A stretch of DNA of 64,000 nt from Schizochytrium sp. TIO01 (taxonomy: Eukaryota; Protista; Bigyra: Labyrinthulomycetes), in the NCBI GenBank assembly GCA_004764695.1, contig SMSO01000035.1, forward strand, positions 4,538,040-4,602,039, given 5' to 3'. The first letter of the stretch is position 1. Each line of letters opens with the position of its first letter. The notes below the pieces were generated by a model, which was not told the DNA's origin, searched no databases, and was given only the letters and a program-made list of their open reading frames with translations. Made by a program: the position numbers and the translations under genes. This document shows, in pieces, positions 58,645-64,000 of this stretch.

Positions 58645-59724
58645 ACTAGCAATTTGTAGACTTCAATTGCAGCGGTGGTGATGTTTGTAGCTTTGATATA
58701 ACCCTCGATGTTTAGCTTCAAAATGTATGCGAAGCCTAAATTACTTACAAGTTTATATAAACTCATGCTTGCTTCTCTAGATCTTCCTATCCTGATACAT
58801 AGAACTCTTAGATGTAACTCCTATGTTTTTTTAAAAGTTTAATTTAACTTAAGCACCTTTAGAGTTAATAAGTTAAACTCTTTTTCTTTTCTTTTTTAAA
58901 AATTAAATTGAAAACTTGAATAAAAACTCAGGCCAAAACAATTACGCAATACAGTGGTTTTACGAATCGAGCACTCATACTCTAGAGTCTGATCAATTCA
59001 CTTGGGCTAAAGGCTACTCATATTTACCTGCTCATTTACATGAGTTAATGCCCCATCCTATATATATATGTATCTATCTACTTGAGTATAAAGTTTTTGC
59101 CCAAGTATAAGTATAATGTTCAGTAGAAGTGGCCTCTGACTCCTAGGTAAACCGAAGAACGTCTAAACTGCAATTCTAAATCAAAGTATCCATCAATTGA
59201 TACGAAGCAACCTTCAGTAGATACCAACCTTGATACCTATAGGTAATCTACTGTTCTTCTTCAAATTAAGAAAAGAAGAAACCTGCTGACAATCTGACTA
59301 CTTACTACCTATACGCAGCAAGTGGGCTTCTTGGAGTGCCTCGAAAGTACTCTTCGGCAGCCTCAACACAGCCTCTTTGTGTCGCAACCTGTCTGACACG
59401 AAATACAACGCTCTGGAGTGCTTCCCGCAAACCTCTCGCAATCGCCTTGTGTTGGACTCAACCTGCAAAACTTAGCAACCTCCCGACATCCAGTGGCTTC
59501 TTCTACGATGAAGCTTTCCAGGCCCTCTGCTTCCGTGAAATACAAATCACTCGCCGCTGGCAGGTCGCATTCATGAGTTCCCCATCATCATCACCATCAC
59601 CATCATCATCATCCTCAAAACCAGTCACCACAGAACTTGCAATCCCATGGTTCCCAAGTCGCGCCAAATCCGCACATCACTGCATTACATACAACATCAT
59701 CATATCGCAATGGTACCAAGTTCC

Positions 59725-59782
59725 ATGTATATGTATGTATGGTATGTATGTATGTATGTATGTATGTATGCATGCATGCATG
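59725..59782. repeat. (TATG)n/(CATG)n microsatellite
   Basis: Directly visible. Confidence 0.85.
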
Positions 59783-60792
59783 CTACAATCGTACCCGCTG
59801 TTACGATGTCTCACGCATCCACGCACCTCGCGGCCTTCGCGGTCCAGGCGGTATTCCCACGCCACGCCACGCCACGCCACGCCCCGCCCTTCCGCTGCAG
59901 CCTGCCCTCCGCGGCCCTCGCGACGACCTTTGGCGATTTGATTCACTGATTGATCCATCCATCGATCGATCGATTCATCGATCAATCTTCGTGGAATGCG
60001 TTTTCTTCCCTTTTCCCACTTCAGAGCAGGGCCCGCACTTCCTACGGTAAAGCCTACGAGGCACCTTAACACCCCACCCTACCGTTTCCCCTAGCTGTCG
60101 CGCACCCCAGAACGTGTATTAATATGCGAAGTCGTCTCCTCTGCTTTCTCCCCTTCCGCCGCCGCCGCAAACCGTCTGCGCGGGCCTGCCTCGCCGCCGC
60201 CGGAGAGCGCCTGCGGTGCGGCCTGCGGCGGCGGCGGTGCGCAGGGGTCCTCCTCCGCGGGCCCGCGGGCCGCACCGCAGGCGCTCAGGGCTCGCGCGAG
60301 GGCGGCCTGAGGGGCTGGCGGCCTGTCGTCGCGAGCAGCGCATTCTCGCGCAAGCAGGCGCTTTGATGCGCATTCATTGCGATGATGACTCACTCTCTCT
60401 CTCTCCCTCTCTGTCCCTCTGGTAGGCCCTGGCTATCTGTTACGGTAGGAGGCGCGTTGAAAGAGGGCGTTCTGTTCTGCTTTCCCTGTGTAAAGAGGCC
60501 TTTTGAAAGTTGTTTAAGTTTAAAAAGAAGTTTAAAAAGAAGTTGGGAAAAGAAAAGGGAAAAGGAAAAAGCACAACAATTTTTTAAAAATAAAAATGAT
60601 TGATTTAATTGAAGCTTTCTCTGGGGGTGCTAGGGTTTGGGGTAGGAGGGTGGTAGGAGGGTCTGCAGATAAAAAGCGGTGTTAATTTGAATTTAAAATT
60701 GAGTTTTGAAATTGAGTTTTGAATTTAAGTTTAGTAAAGAACGTTTGAAAAGAAAATGAAGAGAGAGAAAGAAAGAAAGAGAACTGAAGAGG

Positions 60793-60968
60793 CATTCATT
60801 CATTCATTCATTAATTCATTCATTCATTCATTCATTCATTCATTCATTCATTCATTCATTCATTAATTTATTCATTCATTCATTCATTCATTCATTCATT
60901 CATTCATTCATTCATTCATTCATTCATTCATTTATTCATTCATTCATTCATTCATTCATTCATTCATT
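60793..60968. repeat. Long (CATT)n microsatellite, about 44 units with few interruptions
   Basis: Directly visible, 176 bp. Confidence 0.97.
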
Positions 60969-63153
60969 CCCAATTGAGTTGGTGCGCATTGGTCCTCGCG
61001 ATCGCGACTGCGCCAGCTTGCGCATCGAGGCCAGCAGGACTCGCGTGAGGCCGGGCCAGGGGCGAGAGGCGCAATGTCAGAGCAGCGGTCGCGGTGGCGG
61101 CTTCTGCGCGGCCGGGGCCACGAGCGACGCTGGCGCCGCTCGGAGCGCAAGTTCTGAGAGACGAATGCGCCAGCGAGGTGGGACTCCCAGGGGTACCGAT
61201 AACTGGGACCGTTATCAAAAGGCCAACAAAGGCAAACTAAACTTGTGAAGGAGAGGAAAGAGAAGTTGCAGTCGCCCTCTGGAGCGAACCATGAGGGCGA
61301 GGACCTATATCTCGAGTGAAGAGCCTTTCCGTGCGGGTGTGTATGCGTTTGTTGGTTGGTTGGTTGGTTGGATGGTTAGTTTGTTTGCTTCCCTACGTTG
61401 TTTTCTAAATCGCAATGCCAAAATCGACGCCTTCCATTCGAAGGCAGGCGCTAGCAGTGGTTAGGGGTCTCCTAGTGTTTTTTTCCAAGAGGAAATGTAT
61501 GTGCATTCAGAGTGTGTTTTGTTTGTTTTACGCACTGTTTTAGTTAAAGTGAAAATTGATGGATGAATTAATTAATTAATTAATTAATTAATTAATTCTA
61601 TGCGGTTTAGTTCATGTCGAAACGAGCAAAGTTGAAGCCAACTGTTGATGAGCTCCTGAAAACCCGTCAAGACACGCCTCTTCGAGTGGAAAACCGCGGC
61701 GGAGCTGCAGGTGGGCGAGCATATGCTCACGCAAGCTCCAGAGCTCTGGACAAGATCCTCGAAACGACGGCAGGTCCTGAGGGTCTGTCTTTCTTTGCAG
61801 GCTTGAACTCGCGCAATCTTGGCCGTTCTCAATGGACCCTTCTTTATCTAGCGCCGGCGTTCTGTTCTAAGACCTCGCCGGAAGAAAGAACGGCCGACGA
61901 CTTTCATTTCTTTTATTGTTCCGCTTTGGACGACTAGGAGGGCATAGATAGTTGTAGCGCTTTCTTTTCTTTTCCTTTCTTTTCCTTTCTTTCCTTACTC
62001 GACTTTCATAAGAATAAAGAAAGAGAATCGAAGGAGAACGTGTTTAAGTCTGAAGCAGAGCGATGTAATAGGTAACTACAACTTACTTAGCAGTAGGAGT
62101 TACATTGCGTTTGGTTAGGAAAGGAAAAGAAAGATTTGTGACTAAAAAGAACGGCATAGCATGAAAAGAGTCTGCAAAAAGAAGAACAGAGTAAGAAAGT
62201 TAAAAATAAAAGGTTTTTGAAGATCACATCGTCAATCGAATTTCAATTTTCAAATCAAACTTGCATGAGCAAGAACCGTGGAGACATTGACGATAACCGC
62301 GGCGCCGATCAGAAGGCTTGGGGACAGACGAGAGAATCCTGCAGGGTCGTGGAGAAAGGCACCGAGAAGACCTGTCGCACTTACAGCCTTCCAGCGTCTG
62401 CTGTCAGGGCTCTCGCAGCATCGGAGCCAAGCCGCGTCTGGATGGCGTCAACAGCGCGTGCTTGCTCATCATCAACATCAGCGGCATAGAATACGACTCC
62501 GTCAAGGAGTTTAGTTGAAATACAAAGCTATTTGCATTTGGGAGGCGGCTCTGCGCCGAAAATCACTTCAGAACGCCTTAGCGAAAGTACGCGGGATCAA
62601 GCTTGAGCTCCGCCTTGGCTTGGCTTTCTTTGGCTCCTTCAATTCTTGTCTTTTGGTTACTCTTTGTTTTGTTTGTTTTGTTTGTTTGTTTGTTTGTTTT
62701 AAAATTGTTTTCGCTGTTCTGTTTCTTTTGGACTGAGTTGAAAACCTCGCTGCAGACCCCCTTTGACTTCGACTTCGTTTCCGTCTTCAGCTTCGTTTCT
62801 GTTCACTCTGCGCCGACAGGGCCGGGACCAGCAGCTGCCAGCAAGGACCTCGGGCTTGCAAGAGTTTTGACGCAGCGTGCAACAAGAGTCTACAGCGAGT
62901 ACTCTCGTTCAAAGCGTGAAAGACGGTTCGAGGGTCACTAAACACAAACAGGTCTTCTTTTCACTGCTTTTCGTTGCGCGCTTTGCTTTACTTTGGTTAA
63001 CGCAGTTCCCCTGAGTTTGGAGGGCGGGCCACGCAGCCAAGTCGACGTTGATTCTACGCATTGCGTGCTGGGGCGTGGAGTAGATAACTGAGAAGAAGAT
63101 AAGTGACCGCGTGAATTGTGAACATCAACATCATCAAATTTGCAGAGGCATCG

Positions 63154-63972
63154 ATGCGGGGGGTAACTCGCAGCGATGAGGGATTTGCGGGCGGCATGTT
63201 GGTTGGAGGTCGTGGAGATGTAGCAATGCTGGGGATGCGATCCGAACGGAAAAGGTCGCGCTCAACCTCGGGACTGCTCAAGGAGGCCGACGGAAGCAAC
63301 ACAGTGCTTGGCACTCGTGACGCTTTCAGCACCGGCGCTGGTGTGCTGATTGGGCTCTCGCTATTTGCAAGAAACCACTCGGACTTTCTAGCAGGATCCA
63401 CAGTACTCCTGCTCCTGCTCAGAGCACTATCCACACCGGAGGTGCTAGATATGGAAACACAATTCTCAAATTACAGACTCTACGTACCAAGGTCATTCAT
63501 CCGTTTCGTGCACCTGGCCTGTGTTTGGCCTCTTCTGTGGACTGGTATGTGGATGATTGCGAGCTCATCGCGCTGGGCCTTTATGCTTACTATGTTTTAC
63601 GTGGTTTTTTATGTGTTAGCAGAACGCTCCATTGTGGGACTCACATCAGCAGCACTTGTAGCGGGTGTGTACGCCAGCTCACTAGTGGTCATTAAGCAAA
63701 TTGACAACCCATTCGAGACTGGTGCATGGATACATGTGGCACTATGGGCTTTGCAGTTTGTGGTCGAGGTCAGTGTCGAAGGCTGGGTCAACACCTTTCA
63801 TGTTCTTAATCTCATGCGTCGGCATCTTTTACAAATTATCCTGATGACACCACTTTTCACTACCATTGAAATCTTCCTTGCATTAGGCTTTAGGAAAGAT
63901 TTCGCCCGCAAGGTGCGCGCAAATGTGACCGGCATGCGACGCGAGCTCAAGTCTGAAATGCATGAGGATTAA
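63154..63972 (+). CDS. Mpo1/DUF962-like ER membrane protein with N-terminal extension
   Basis: LDMETQFSNYRLY...FVHLACVWPLLWT and HVALWALQFVVEVSVEG...LLQIILMTPLFTTIEIFLALGFR match the recalled DUF962/Mpo1 pattern (LDLExQFxxYxxYH...IHxxFVWP; WxxQFxGHxxFE...LxQxxLMAPxFxxxE). A TTTGCAG acceptor-like site at 63139-63145 means an upstream exon is possible. Confidence 0.7.
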   Translation: MRGVTRSDEGFAGGMLVGGRGDVAMLGMRSERKRSRSTSGLLKEADGSNTVLGTRDAFSTGAGVLIGLSLFARNHSDFLAGSTVLLLLLRALSTPEVLDMETQFSNYRLYVPRSFIRFVHLACVWPLLWTGMWMIASSSRWAFMLTMFYVVFYVLAERSIVGLTSAALVAGVYASSLVVIKQIDNPFETGAWIHVALWALQFVVEVSVEGWVNTFHVLNLMRRHLLQIILMTPLFTTIEIFLALGFRKDFARKVRANVTGMRRELKSEMHED

Positions 63973-64000
63973 GAGTAGCTAGCCTTGTTCGATTGGCTGC

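Noticed and set aside
4780-61198. Repeated GGGTACC heptamer in several intergenic regions
   Set aside because: The handful of occurrences is close to what chance gives for a 7-mer on both strands of 64 kb.
61614-62520. 107-aa ORF 61614..61937 and a short coding-looking minus-strand frame near 62380-62515
   Set aside because: No recognisable domain and no convincing splice model. Cannot be supported without transcript data.

Overview
Eukaryotic, intron-poor nuclear DNA. By inference it comes from a non-photosynthetic flagellated protist, most likely a thraustochytrid/labyrinthulomycete stramenopile: it has a Shemin-pathway ALA synthase, a dynein-2 light intermediate chain, a fused HisHF, mostly single-exon genes, a recurrent aagATG start context and microsatellite-rich spacers. 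Recognisable genes are two tandem METTL7-like methyltransferases, a prominin/tweety-like membrane protein split into two ORFs, a HET/TIR-like-TPR protein, ALDH9/betaine-aldehyde dehydrogenase, RPS2, a short bacterial-type MetF/MTHFR, ALAS, DYNC2LI1, a cyclic-nucleotide-binding K+ channel, D2HGDH, PIG-L, HIS7 and an Mpo1/DUF962-like protein. Two gene-poor blocks (about 12.3-20.9 kb and 27.8-39.6 kb) hold only microsatellites and possible decayed ORF remnants. I found no CRISPR array, tRNA, rRNA or intact mobile element. The best leads not explained by the ORF track are: (1) a spliced 69-aa single-TM microprotein ending 21-72 nt before PIG-L, a candidate bicistronic locus; (2) a 12-nt antisense match to the U6 snRNA core next to a CUGA (D) box inside a predicted RPS2 5'-UTR intron, a candidate U6 guide RNA; (3) an ATGA-overlap or frameshift junction in the prominin-like gene; (4) a HET/TIR-like-TPR candidate immune receptor; (5) an Mpo1 homolog that appears to have lost metal-ligand histidines. 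All family assignments come from recalled motifs; no database search was run.
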